A DNA stretch of 64,000 nucleotides from an alpha proteobacterium SCGC AAA536-K22 (GTDB lineage Bacteria > Pseudomonadota > Alphaproteobacteria > Puniceispirillales > Marisalimonadaceae): NCBI GenBank assembly GCA_000421325.1, contig ATWQ01000010.1, positions 22 through 64,021 on the forward strand, read 5' to 3'. Below, in pieces: positions 20,414-36,250 of the stretch. Position numbers and translations under genes: made by a program. Within the stretch, counting starts at the first letter, position 1, and every line of letters begins with the position of its first letter. Under the pieces are notes generated by a model. It did no database searches. It saw nothing but the letters and a program-made list of their open reading frames with translations, and had not been told where the DNA came from.

Positions 20414-20804
20414 GTCTAACTTATCCAACTCAAAACCAGAAAATCAGTCTCAGATAATTTCTAATATAAGGATTATAAAAATTATTGCTATTATTTTGGG
20501 CTTGTTAATTATTTTAGGACTATTTGTTTTGTTCATTGGACTATCTAATAGTTATAATAATCTAGAAAAATCCGAAAAAAATAAAAACAATATTCTAAAT
20601 ATAGATGAACAGAAATTAAATCTTTTAAACTTTGTACAGCCCTTTAATGCACAATTAATTTCTTCATCAATAGGACAAGGTGATGAGGTTTTACTAAGAT
20701 ATCTTTATAAGGGTAATAATATTTTAGTAATTTTAAATAGTAAAACAAAGAAAATAAGATCTATTATTACTATAAAAAAAGGTTCTCAATTTGGTGTAAA
20801 TTAG
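20412..20804 (+). CDS. Hypothetical single-pass membrane protein
   Basis: One hydrophobic helix (IIAIILGLLIILGLFVLFIGL) followed by a short beta-rich tail; ATG at 20412. Confidence 0.7.
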   Translation: MSNLSNSKPENQSQIISNIRIIKIIAIILGLLIILGLFVLFIGLSNSYNNLEKSEKNKNNILNIDEQKLNLLNFVQPFNAQLISSSIGQGDEVLLRYLYKGNNILVILNSKTKKIRSIITIKKGSQFGVN

Positions 20805-20825
20805 CAATAAATCAAAGAGTTTTAA

Positions 20826-21890
20826 ATGAAGAGAAAAAAAATTTTTATGGGTACAGATACTATTTCAGGTATGGCTCCACAGATATTGAAAGCAATTTCA
20901 CTTGCTTCTGATGAAAAATCACTTCCATATGGAAATGATATTTTCACTGAAAAATGTAAAAATATAATTGCAAATATTTTTGAAAAAGAGGACTTAGAAA
21001 TTATACCGATGATGTCTGGAACAGCATCTAACTCCCTAGCTTTATCCTCTTTCCTCCGATCCTATGGAAGCATTTTATGTCATAGTGAATCACATATAAA
21101 TAAAGATGAAGGAGGAGCACCAGAGTTCTTTTCTGGTGGAGGGAAGTTACAAACTATCTTTAATAACTCTGGTAGGCTTAATTCTAAAGATATTACTGCA
21201 AAACTTAAAGAATTGAATTTTAAAGGGAGGCAGCACTCAAAGATTTGTGGTGTTTCGGTAACCCAATTAGCAGAAAATGGAACGTTATATTCCCAAAATG
21301 AAATAATTGCTATTAGCAAAATTTGTAAAGAAAATAATTTTTATTTACATATGGATGGGGCTAGGTTCTCCAATGCATTAGTTTCTCAACAATTTGTTTC
21401 ACCTGCTGAGGCAACTTGGAAAATAGGAATTGATTGTTTATCATTGGGAGCAACAAAAAATGGTGCGATGGCCGCAGAGGTAATTATTTTTTTTAGGAAA
21501 GATCTTGCAGAGGAAGCAAAAAAAATGATCAAGCAAACGGGACATATAATCCCTAAAACTAGATTTATTTCTGCTCAATTAAACGCATGGTTTAAAAGTG
21601 GATTATGGCTAAAACTAGCACAACAGGCTAATGAAAATGCTACATATTTAAGTAATGAATTGTCAAAATTTGAGGATTTTAAACTTTTATATCCTACACA
21701 AGGGAATGAAGTGTTTTTAAGAATTAATAAAAAAACTTATAAAAAAATTCTTGAATTAAATATTATTCCTAATCTTTGGCGTAAAACTGGTTATGATGAA
21801 ATTGAAGTAAGATTTGTAACATCTTTTGAAACAGAACTTAGTCTGATAGACGAAATTATAGACAGATTTAAAACTTGTTTTTCTTATTAA
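20826..21890 (+). CDS. ltaE: Low-specificity L-threonine aldolase (PLP-dependent)
   Basis: PYGND, GTASN, DEGGAPEF, HMDGARFSNA and GATKNG motifs. Confidence 0.85.
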   Translation: MKRKKIFMGTDTISGMAPQILKAISLASDEKSLPYGNDIFTEKCKNIIANIFEKEDLEIIPMMSGTASNSLALSSFLRSYGSILCHSESHINKDEGGAPEFFSGGGKLQTIFNNSGRLNSKDITAKLKELNFKGRQHSKICGVSVTQLAENGTLYSQNEIIAISKICKENNFYLHMDGARFSNALVSQQFVSPAEATWKIGIDCLSLGATKNGAMAAEVIIFFRKDLAEEAKKMIKQTGHIIPKTRFISAQLNAWFKSGLWLKLAQQANENATYLSNELSKFEDFKLLYPTQGNEVFLRINKKTYKKILELNIIPNLWRKTGYDEIEVRFVTSFETELSLIDEIIDRFKTCFSY

Positions 21891-22265
21891 TTAGAGCCCA
21901 TAATTTAAATATAGAGCCATATTTAAAATTATTGATTTAATTTGTTCAATTATTTGTTTTTCGAATATAAAAGCAAACGTACCTATGTAAGAGTATCCTA
22001 AAACTAAGGGCAAAAAGTATATTCTTATCATAAAAAAAAACCATGCTAAATATAGAGGTATAAGAGGTTGAACTATAAAACTTGGTGTCATCTTATAAGT
22101 AACTTTAAGGATGGGAGAAGTGATTTTTGTAAAAAATTTAAAAAAACTTAAATTACTTTCTTCGTTAATAAATAAGTTTAAGACGAACTTCAAAACTAAA
22201 ATATTCATTATTAGAGCCAAAATATAATCAATTATAATAAGCCATATAGGAAATAAATTATTCAT
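21891..22265 (-). CDS. YggT-family membrane protein
   Basis: Hydrophobic; FFTKITSPIL...TP matches the YGGT pattern (T-x-P-x-L). Confidence 0.6.
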   Translation of the reverse strand: MNNLFPIWLIIIDYILALIMNILVLKFVLNLFINEESNLSFFKFFTKITSPILKVTYKMTPSFIVQPLIPLYLAWFFFMIRIYFLPLVLGYSYIGTFAFIFEKQIIEQIKSIILNMALYLNYGL

Positions 22266-22386
22266 AATTTACTATACAAACATAATGGTTGAATTAAAAA
22301 TAATATTTAAATTATTTAAATAGGTAACTCCGAACATAATTTTATGTTATTAATTTATTCAATATTAAAATCTATTAGGTAACCTT

Positions 22387-24066
22387 ATGAATAACCCACA
22401 ATATATCTTCTCAATGTATAAATTGAGTAAAATTTACCCTGGTGGCAAACAAGTGATCAAAGATATCAGCCTGTCTTTTTTGCCTGGAGCAAAAATTGGT
22501 GTTTTAGGTGGCAATGGTGCTGGAAAATCTACTCTTTTAAAAATTATGGCAGGTGTTGAAACTGAATATAATGGTGAAGCAAAATTGGCAGATGGTATAA
22601 AGGTTGGTTATCTTGCTCAAGAGCCAGAGTTAAAAAGTGATTTAAATGTATACGAAAACGTTATGGAGGGAATGTCTGAGGCAAAAAAGCTTGTTGATGA
22701 TTTTAACACTATTTCGCTAAAATTTTCTGAAGATCTAACAGATGAAGAAATGAACGAAACTATTGTTAAGCAAGGTGAGTTACAAGAACAAATTGATAGT
22801 ATGGATGCCTGGGATTTAGATAGAAAAGCTGAAATTGCAATGGATGCTCTAAGCTTACCTCCGGCAGAGGCAAGTATAAGTCATTTGTCAGGTGGTGAAA
22901 AAAGAAGAGTTGCTTTAGCACAATTACTATTATCAAATCCAGATTTTTTATTATTAGATGAACCAACAAATCATTTGGATGCACTGTCAGTTGCGTGGTT
23001 GCAAAGGTTTCTTCATGATTTTCCAGGTACAGTAGTAACCATTACTCACGACAGATATTTTTTAGACGAAGTAGCTGGCTGGATTTTAGAATTAGATCGT
23101 GGAGAAGGTATTCCTTATAAAGGGAATTATTCAGGATGGTTAGAACAGAAACAAAAAAGACTAGAACTTGAGGGAAAAATAGAGGAAGCAAGAAAAAGAA
23201 AATTAAATGAAGAGTTAGAATGGATTAAATCAGCACCACGTGCAAGACAAGCAAAATCAAAAGCTCGAATATCTTCTTACGAAGAATTAGTAGCAAAAGA
23301 ACAAAATAAAGAAATTAACTCTGGTAATCTTGTGATACCTCCTGCTCCTAGACTAGGTAACGAAGTTATAAATTTTGAAAATGTGTCTAAATCTTTTGAA
23401 GATAAATTATTAATAGATAATTTGACTTTTAAATTACCTCCAGGGGGGATTGTAGGTGTTATTGGAGCTAATGGTGCGGGTAAGACCACATTATTTAGAT
23501 TAATTACAAAAGATGAAAAACCAAATAGTGGAGATATTTCAATTGGTGATACCGTTAGTTTAAATTATGTTGATCAATCTAGGGACATTTTAAGACCTGA
23601 ACAAAATGTTTGGGAATCTATTTGTGATGGATTAGATGAGATACAGATCGGAAAAAAAACAATTCAAAGTAGAGCATATGTTGGTCAATTCAATTTTAAA
23701 GGATCTGATCAACAAAAAATTGTAAGTCAGTTATCAGGAGGTGAAAGAAATAGGGTTCATCTTGCAAAGATGTTAAAAACTCCTGGAAATGTTTTACTTT
23801 TAGATGAGCCTACTAATGATTTAGACGTTGATACTTTGAGATCTTTAGAAGAGTCAATTTTAGATTTTTCTGGATGTGTCGTTGTAATTTCACACGACAG
23901 ATGGTTTTTAAATAAACTTGCTACACACATATTAGCATTTGAGGGTGGTAGCCATGTCGAATGGTTTGAGGGTAATTATCAAGATTATGAAAGTGACAAA
24001 AAAAAGAGATTAGGTGAAGATGCATTAAACCCCAAAAGAATTAAATATAAGCCAATATCTAGATAA
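22387..24066 (+). CDS. ettA: Energy-dependent translational throttle protein (ABC-F)
   Basis: ISLSFLPGAKIGVLG start, two ABC cassettes, ARQAKSKAR linker, THILAFEG. Confidence 0.95.
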   Translation: MNNPQYIFSMYKLSKIYPGGKQVIKDISLSFLPGAKIGVLGGNGAGKSTLLKIMAGVETEYNGEAKLADGIKVGYLAQEPELKSDLNVYENVMEGMSEAKKLVDDFNTISLKFSEDLTDEEMNETIVKQGELQEQIDSMDAWDLDRKAEIAMDALSLPPAEASISHLSGGEKRRVALAQLLLSNPDFLLLDEPTNHLDALSVAWLQRFLHDFPGTVVTITHDRYFLDEVAGWILELDRGEGIPYKGNYSGWLEQKQKRLELEGKIEEARKRKLNEELEWIKSAPRARQAKSKARISSYEELVAKEQNKEINSGNLVIPPAPRLGNEVINFENVSKSFEDKLLIDNLTFKLPPGGIVGVIGANGAGKTTLFRLITKDEKPNSGDISIGDTVSLNYVDQSRDILRPEQNVWESICDGLDEIQIGKKTIQSRAYVGQFNFKGSDQQKIVSQLSGGERNRVHLAKMLKTPGNVLLLDEPTNDLDVDTLRSLEESILDFSGCVVVISHDRWFLNKLATHILAFEGGSHVEWFEGNYQDYESDKKKRLGEDALNPKRIKYKPISR

Positions 24067-24067
24067 A

Positions 24068-24703
24068 TCATTCACCCTCAGTAAAAGTACCTAGCAAAGC
24101 ATTAAAATCACCCTTATTTTTTCTTAGTATAGACATGGTTTCAGCCTTATGAGAACTAACCAATGATATACCTTCAATCTCTAGATCAAGCACAAGAAAG
24201 TTTCCTTTTTTATCCTTTGCCAATTTCCATAAAAGATTTACATCAGGAATTTTTTTACTGTGATCTACAATTATACCTCTAATATAAACTAACTTTTTAC
24301 CTCTTGCTTCAGATTTTAGAGGTTTGTAGGATAATCTGGCTAGTGTATTTAAATGTTCCTCAATTGTATTTACGATTTGTTTAAGTAAAGCACTTTTATA
24401 TTTTTCTTTTTGGGTATTACTTGCTTTTTTCCAAAAACTACCAGTAGTTGCTCTGGCCATAAAATCTAAATTAATAAATTGCTTTATCAATATTTTAATT
24501 TTAGATGATCTTTCTTCTGGTGAAAGTTTTATTGTTTTTAAAGCATGCTGTTTAGCATCAGCAATCATCTTTTGAACAATTACTTCACTACTTTTTATAT
24601 TATCAGAATAAGATTTAAACGTTAGAAGTTGAAAAAATAAAAATAAAAAAAAGGTAATACATAGAACTTTTTTAAAACTTAAATTATTGTAAGAGTTTTT
24701 CAA
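24068..24703 (-). CDS. mlaC: Phospholipid-binding periplasmic protein MlaC/Ttg2D
   Basis: MARATTGSFW and DLEIEGISL motifs; adjacent to mlaA. Confidence 0.75.
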   Translation of the reverse strand: MKNSYNNLSFKKVLCITFFLFLFFQLLTFKSYSDNIKSSEVIVQKMIADAKQHALKTIKLSPEERSSKIKILIKQFINLDFMARATTGSFWKKASNTQKEKYKSALLKQIVNTIEEHLNTLARLSYKPLKSEARGKKLVYIRGIIVDHSKKIPDVNLLWKLAKDKKGNFLVLDLEIEGISLVSSHKAETMSILRKNKGDFNALLGTFTEGE

Positions 24704-25421
24704 ATTCCAGATCCGACTTGTTGTTTTTTACTTCGAGATATTCATCACCATACACATTTTTTCTCCTATTTTGCATATAATAGGATTTCATTTTTGTGTA
24801 TGGGTCAGGTGATTTATAAATGCTATCTATATTTTTTGCAAGTTTACTCCTTTTATCAACTAAATTGACTGGTATTTCTACTAAACTTAAATTCTTCAAA
24901 GACTTAGATGAAATATTGCTTAAACTTTGTCTGTCTGAAACTGTTCCGGTAAAATCCCGAACAGTTTTAGGGCCTAACAAAGGAATCATTAAAAAAGGAC
25001 CTTCCGGAACGTTAAACTTGGCGAGAGTCGATCCTAAGTCTTTTTTATCAATTTTAGTTTCATTATTGTCAAAGTCATAAAAACCAAAAGATAGTCCATT
25101 TAACATAAATTTTGCAGAAGCTAAAATTGTATTCTCTAAGTTCATCTGAAGGGCACTATTTACTATGATACTAGGTGTGTCCATCCACTCTAAGTGGTTA
25201 CTTACACTTTTTCTAACTGAATAAGGTATTGTATTTACATAAGCACTACTGATAGGAGAAACTATACTCTGATCTAAAGATTTATTAAAAGCAAATATAT
25301 TTCTATTCAAGCCTTCAAAAGGATCTGCGTTTTCAGTAGTAGTTTTTAAATTGTTAGAGCATCCACTTAATACAAACAATAATATAAATATACCTGAATA
25401 TACAAAGTCAAAATTTCTCAT
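24684..25421 (-). CDS. mlaA: MlaA/VacJ family lipoprotein
   Basis: Lipobox LSGC; DPFEGLNRNIFAFN, GPFLMIPLLGP-TVRD and DPY motifs. Confidence 0.9.
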   Translation of the reverse strand: MRNFDFVYSGIFILLFVLSGCSNNLKTTTENADPFEGLNRNIFAFNKSLDQSIVSPISSAYVNTIPYSVRKSVSNHLEWMDTPSIIVNSALQMNLENTILASAKFMLNGLSFGFYDFDNNETKIDKKDLGSTLAKFNVPEGPFLMIPLLGPKTVRDFTGTVSDRQSLSNISSKSLKNLSLVEIPVNLVDKRSKLAKNIDSIYKSPDPYTKMKSYYMQNRRKNVYGDEYLEVKNNKSDLEFEKLLQ

Positions 25422-25547
25422 TTTAAGTAATTATGCCCCTAATTATCAACTCTATTATTATTAATTATTTATTAATTTTCTACAAGTTAAACCATTGATA
25501 TGTTAGAAATAAAATAATAAAGACAATCAAGAAATATTTTAAAATTT

Positions 25548-27785
25548 ATGAGTACATTTTATAACCACAAAGCTTTTATGGATTTAAATCCTTCTCAAAA
25601 AGAAGCTGTACAAAATTTAGAGGGTCCTCTATTGGTTTTGTCGGGAGCGGGAACAGGAAAAACAAGAGTGCTCACCGCAAGACTTGCTAACCTCTTATAT
25701 AGTAATAAGACCAAACCTTGGAATATACTTGCAGTAACTTTTACAAATAAAGCTGCAAAAGAAATGAGAATTAGACTGGAGGGCTTAATAGGCCCCTCAG
25801 CAAACTCAGTTTGGTTAGGAACATTTCACTCAATAGCTGCTAGAATATTAAGAGAAAATGCTGAAATTATAGGTTTAAGTCCAAATTATACCATTATTAC
25901 TCCAGATGATCAAGTAAGACTATTAAAACAAATAATGCTTGATGATGAAATTGACATAAAAAAATTTACGCCAAAATCAATGTCAAATTTAATTGGAACA
26001 TGGAAAGATAAAGGTTATAAGCCAAACGATTTAAAAATTTCAAATAATGATTATTTTGCTAATGGTAAGGCCATTAATATTTATAAAACTTATCAAATGA
26101 GATTGATTACTCTTAACTCTGCTGATTTTGGAGACTTGCTTCTTCATAATTTAACGATTTTTTCAAAACACCCAGATATATTAAATCAATATCATTTAAA
26201 AATATCCTATTTTTTAGTTGATGAATATCAAGATACCAACACTATACAGTATTTATGGTTAAAACTTTTGGCTAATAAAACTAAGAATATTTGTTGTGTA
26301 GGAGATGATGACCAATCTATTTATGGATGGAGGGGAGCCCAAGTTGGAAATATATTAAGATTTGAAAAGGATTATCCTTTAGCTAAAGTTATAAAATTAG
26401 AAGAAAATTATAGATCTACTGGAAGAATTTTAGAAGCAGCCAATAGTGTTATTATAAACAATAAAGAAAGGTTAGGCAAAAATCTTAAAACATCTTCAAA
26501 AGACGGAGACAAAATTGATTTAATATCAGTATGGGATGGAATGGAAGAGGCTAAGAAGACTAGTTTAGAAATTGAAAATCTCTATTCCTCTGGTTTTAGG
26601 TATGATCAGATGGCAGTCTTGGTCAGAGCTGGTCATCAAACCAGATATTTTGAAGAAAGATTTGTTGATATTGGAATTCCTTATAAAGTTATTGGTGCTA
26701 AATTCTACGAAAGAATGGAAATTAGAGATGCCTTAGCATATCTTAGAGTGGTTCAACAGCCTAATGATGATCTAGCTTTAGAGAGGATTGTTAATATACC
26801 AAAACGTGGATTAGGTACAAGTACAACTAGCATGATACATTCTTATGCAAAAAATAATAATATTTCTTTTTTTTCAGCAACACAAGAATTATTAATGACG
26901 GACGAATTTCGTCCAAATGTTAAAAGAACTTTGCAAAATCTGATAAATCAATTCCTAGATTGGAAAAATCAAAACAATGAAATTACTCATATGGATTTAG
27001 CATTAAAGGTATTAGAAGAATCTGGATATATTGCACATTGGCAAAATGAAAAATCTATTGATGGTGAAGGAAGGCTGGAAAACTTAAAGGAATTAATAAA
27101 TGCCATGAGTGGTTTTGAAAATCTTTCAGGTTTTCTAGAACATATTTCACTAGTTATGGATGGTGATAGCGAAGCTGAAGCTGGTGAAGTGTCCTTAATG
27201 ACTTTACACGCAGCTAAAGGACTGGAATTCGATGTGGTTTTTTTGCCTGGATGGGAAGAAGGATTATTTCCTAGTCAGAGGTCTATTGATGAATTGGGCT
27301 TGGCAGGGTTAGAAGAGGAAAGACGACTTGCTTATGTGGGAATAACCAGGGCAAAGCAAAGATTATTTATAACCTTTTCAGCAAACAGACAAATTCACGG
27401 TTTATGGCAAGGATCAATTCCATCAAGATTTATTAGTGAACTACCTAGACATATTCTTAATGAAAATATAGAAGGTAATATTGGTGCAGATGCATCAAGC
27501 TATAATCAAATTGATTTTGACCTATCTACAAAAAATGGATCTTATGGGCCAGGTTTTTTAAGGGCAAAACAAAATGGAATAAATGGGATAAATTCTTATA
27601 AGAAAACTCAATATGATAATAATATTTTAAACACAAATATTGAATTTAATAATGGGCAGAGGGTGTTTCATCAAAAATTTGGAATGGGCCTCATTATTTC
27701 TTCAGATGGAGATAAATTAAATATAAATTTTGACAAAGCAGGCGAAAAGAAAGTTGTATCAAGCTTTGTTAAATTAATAGATTAA
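25548..27785 (+). CDS. uvrD: ATP-dependent DNA helicase UvrD/PcrA
   Basis: GAGTGKT, VDEYQD, VGDDDQSIYGWRGA, TLHAAKGLEF and EERRLAYVGITRA; C-terminal HQKFG Tudor-like domain. Confidence 0.95.
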   Translation: MSTFYNHKAFMDLNPSQKEAVQNLEGPLLVLSGAGTGKTRVLTARLANLLYSNKTKPWNILAVTFTNKAAKEMRIRLEGLIGPSANSVWLGTFHSIAARILRENAEIIGLSPNYTIITPDDQVRLLKQIMLDDEIDIKKFTPKSMSNLIGTWKDKGYKPNDLKISNNDYFANGKAINIYKTYQMRLITLNSADFGDLLLHNLTIFSKHPDILNQYHLKISYFLVDEYQDTNTIQYLWLKLLANKTKNICCVGDDDQSIYGWRGAQVGNILRFEKDYPLAKVIKLEENYRSTGRILEAANSVIINNKERLGKNLKTSSKDGDKIDLISVWDGMEEAKKTSLEIENLYSSGFRYDQMAVLVRAGHQTRYFEERFVDIGIPYKVIGAKFYERMEIRDALAYLRVVQQPNDDLALERIVNIPKRGLGTSTTSMIHSYAKNNNISFFSATQELLMTDEFRPNVKRTLQNLINQFLDWKNQNNEITHMDLALKVLEESGYIAHWQNEKSIDGEGRLENLKELINAMSGFENLSGFLEHISLVMDGDSEAEAGEVSLMTLHAAKGLEFDVVFLPGWEEGLFPSQRSIDELGLAGLEEERRLAYVGITRAKQRLFITFSANRQIHGLWQGSIPSRFISELPRHILNENIEGNIGADASSYNQIDFDLSTKNGSYGPGFLRAKQNGINGINSYKKTQYDNNILNTNIEFNNGQRVFHQKFGMGLIISSDGDKLNINFDKAGEKKVVSSFVKLID

Positions 27786-28771
27786 TAGTCTTTAGTTATG
27801 GATTTGTGGTCAGTAAGGTTTGAAATACAAGATAACTTCAAAAATATATTCTCAGAGTATGTCGAAGATTTTCCAAATTTCATATCATCTAGCTTATTTG
27901 TAAATAAAGAAAAAGATGAAAAAAAAATTTTTAGTAATAAATTTGGAGAATTTCATCAAAACCAAATTTGGGTATTAGAAATTCTTTTTAATCAAAAACC
28001 TGATATTAACATTATTAAACTTAAATTAAATCATCTCGCAGGCGAATTAAAAACCACAGAATATTATATTAATGATAATATTAATAATAAAAAATACGCT
28101 AACAGACTTAATGTAAGTAAGGTCATACAAAAGAATTGGCTTAAATACAATAGAAAATCTTTTCCGATAATTAATATAGATAATTTTTATATCTACGGAT
28201 CACATAATAATAAAAATTATTCAGTGAATAAAATCCCTATAAAAATAGATGCTTCTATTGCATTTGGGACTGGATCACATGAAACAACAAAATGTTGTTT
28301 AAAAGCTCTAACTTTCATATCTAGATCTACGAAATCAAATAGAATTTTAGATTATGGATGTGGTACAGGTATATTGGGAATAGCCTCAAAAAAAATATTT
28401 AAAAAAAGTAAGGTAACTTTTGTTGATATAGATAAAGATGCTGTAAAGCTAACAAAAGAGAATCTTAAATTGAATAATATTTTACTAAAAAAGGTTTATT
28501 TAACTAATTCATACCATTCTAATAAATATACAAAAAAACAATTTTATGACCTGATTTTTGCAAACATCTTATTTGGACCTCTAAAAAAATTAGCACCTTT
28601 GTTTAGTCTTATTATAAAGCCTAATTCTATTTTAATACTTTCAGGTCTTCTAATTGAACAAATTCCATATATTATTAACTGGTACAATAAATATGGATTT
28701 AAAGAAAAAAAAATATTTTATTTAAATGGTTGGGGATCGGTCATAATGATGCGTACCCATAAAGAAAGGTA

Positions 28772-34268
<5,497 letters not shown>

Positions 34269-34273
34269 CTGAA

Positions 34274-35119
34274 TTAGTCAAAAATTGTTACAAAATAATT
34301 TTTTATAGAAGAAGTTAAACTTTTCTTTTCATCAGATGATGAACTATCTGAAAGTATGCTTTTGCTTAGAGTAGTCCATTCACTGTAAGGAAAATTGTAT
34401 TTTAAAACAGCATCACTTTTAACAGCCTCCCTCCTAAGCCCAATCATTAAAAACGCTTCTGTAAGTCTGTATAAGGTTTCTGGAATTGATGAAGTATTTT
34501 GATAGTTTTGCAAAATAGATTTAAATCTTTTGATTGAACTTGCAGGAGCATTTTTTTTTAAATAAAATTTTCCTATATCTAATTCATTATTTGCTAAAGA
34601 ATTTTTGATATATTGGATTTTTATTTTTGAGTCTTTAGCATATTTACTATTAGGATATTTTGTCATTATAAGCATAAAAGAGTTAAGGGCTTTTATTGAT
34701 AAACTAGGATCTCTTCCTTGATTTGAAACTTGAATATAATAACACATTGCTAAAAGATAATGAGCATATTCAGAAAACTCATCATTTGGGTTCATTTCAA
34801 TAAAGATTTTTAATTTACTAATTGATTTTTTTATCTCATTATTTTGATAAAGAGAATATGCAGTCATTATATCTGATTTTTTAGCTAAAGACGAAAAAGG
34901 ATGGTTTAACGACAAATTATCAAACTCTATAATCGCTTTTTTGTAATTCTCATTTTCTAAAGAAGATAATCCAGATTTATAAATTTGTATGTCATTTAAC
35001 ACGACAGAGGCACTATCTTTTTCTTTTGAACTGCAACTTATTAATAAAATTAAAAAAATTAGTAACTTTATTGAAATTGTGTAATTTTTTTTAATATTTA
35101 TCATCAAATAAATTTCCAA
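34274..35119 (-). CDS. bamD: Outer membrane protein assembly factor BamD
   Basis: Lipoprotein with TPR repeats; YAHYLLAMCYY, YPNSKYAKD and ELDIGKFY motifs; lies between lpxC and recN. Confidence 0.9.
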   Translation of the reverse strand: MEIYLMINIKKNYTISIKLLIFLILLISCSSKEKDSASVVLNDIQIYKSGLSSLENENYKKAIIEFDNLSLNHPFSSLAKKSDIMTAYSLYQNNEIKKSISKLKIFIEMNPNDEFSEYAHYLLAMCYYIQVSNQGRDPSLSIKALNSFMLIMTKYPNSKYAKDSKIKIQYIKNSLANNELDIGKFYLKKNAPASSIKRFKSILQNYQNTSSIPETLYRLTEAFLMIGLRREAVKSDAVLKYNFPYSEWTTLSKSILSDSSSSDEKKSLTSSIKNYFVTIFD

Positions 35120-35201
35120 TTATAATAAAAATTTATATTACTTTTATTATTTATAAATGGATTTGTATATCAAAAAACTAGCTGACAACTAATAATTTTA
35201 A

Positions 35202-36170
35202 TTAGGCAACGTTAGTTATATTATGTGTAGAACCAGTCTTATCTAAAACGTTATAGATATTTTTTGGGTTTTCTGAAATCAAAGCTTTTTCAATAGTATA
35301 ATTATTTTTATCTTTAAGAATTTCTTTAATAAACATTTGGTTAAGTTTATGACCTGGAGCAAAACATTCAACTTCTCCAATCAGTTGCATACCCAATAAA
35401 TAAAAGTCACCAACACAATCTAATGTTTTATGCTTTACAAACTCTTTTTCAAATCTTAAACCTTCTGGGTTTAATACTTTGAATTTATCAACAACTAGGG
35501 CGTTATTTAGGTTCCCACCCATAGCAAGGCCTGCAGTTCTCATTTTCTCTACATCTTCTAAAAAAGCGTATGTTCTAGCTTCTGACAAATAGTTGATAAA
35601 ATTATCTCTTGAATGAGAATAATAAAACTTAGAACTACCGATTATTGTTTCAGGGTAATCGATAGAAACATTTATTATTGATTTACTAGATGGAGAGATA
35701 GCTATATATCTTCTGCCATCATTGACTCTGATTTTTTTTAAAACTTTAATATAACTTTTACTTGCATTTTGAATGTTTATTCCGACTTTGATCATTTTTT
35801 TAATATATTCATAAGAACTTCCATCTAGTGCAGGTAATTCAGAATTATTAATCTTAATTAGAGCATTATCTATACTTAATGCACTTAAGGCGGCCATTAG
35901 ATGCTCAATGGTTGATATTGTAACACCATGCTTATTTTTAATCTTAGTGCATAGGCTTGAATCAAAAGTATTATCAATTACTGCTTTAATTGTATTTTTA
36001 TTTGGAATATCAGTTCTTTTAAAAACAATACCAGTATTTATTTTAGCCGGTTCAACGGACATAGATACAGCTCTACCGTTATGAACTCCAACCCCAGAAA
36101 AATATATTTTCTTGTTTAAAGTATGTTGTTTAAAGTTTTTATAAATTGATAAATTATTAATGAAATTCAT
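35202..36170 (-). CDS. lpxC: UDP-3-O-acyl-N-acetylglucosamine deacetylase
   Basis: GVGVHNG, TIEHLMAAL, PALDGS and HKTLDCVGD motifs. Confidence 0.96.
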   Translation of the reverse strand: MNFINNLSIYKNFKQHTLNKKIYFSGVGVHNGRAVSMSVEPAKINTGIVFKRTDIPNKNTIKAVIDNTFDSSLCTKIKNKHGVTISTIEHLMAALSALSIDNALIKINNSELPALDGSSYEYIKKMIKVGINIQNASKSYIKVLKKIRVNDGRRYIAISPSSKSIINVSIDYPETIIGSSKFYYSHSRDNFINYLSEARTYAFLEDVEKMRTAGLAMGGNLNNALVVDKFKVLNPEGLRFEKEFVKHKTLDCVGDFYLLGMQLIGEVECFAPGHKLNQMFIKEILKDKNNYTIEKALISENPKNIYNVLDKTGSTHNITNVA

Positions 36171-36250
36171 AATTAATACCTCATAAACATTACTAACCTA
36201 TTTGATATTTTTTACAAATCACATATAATTACTAAATATTTCAATTTTAA

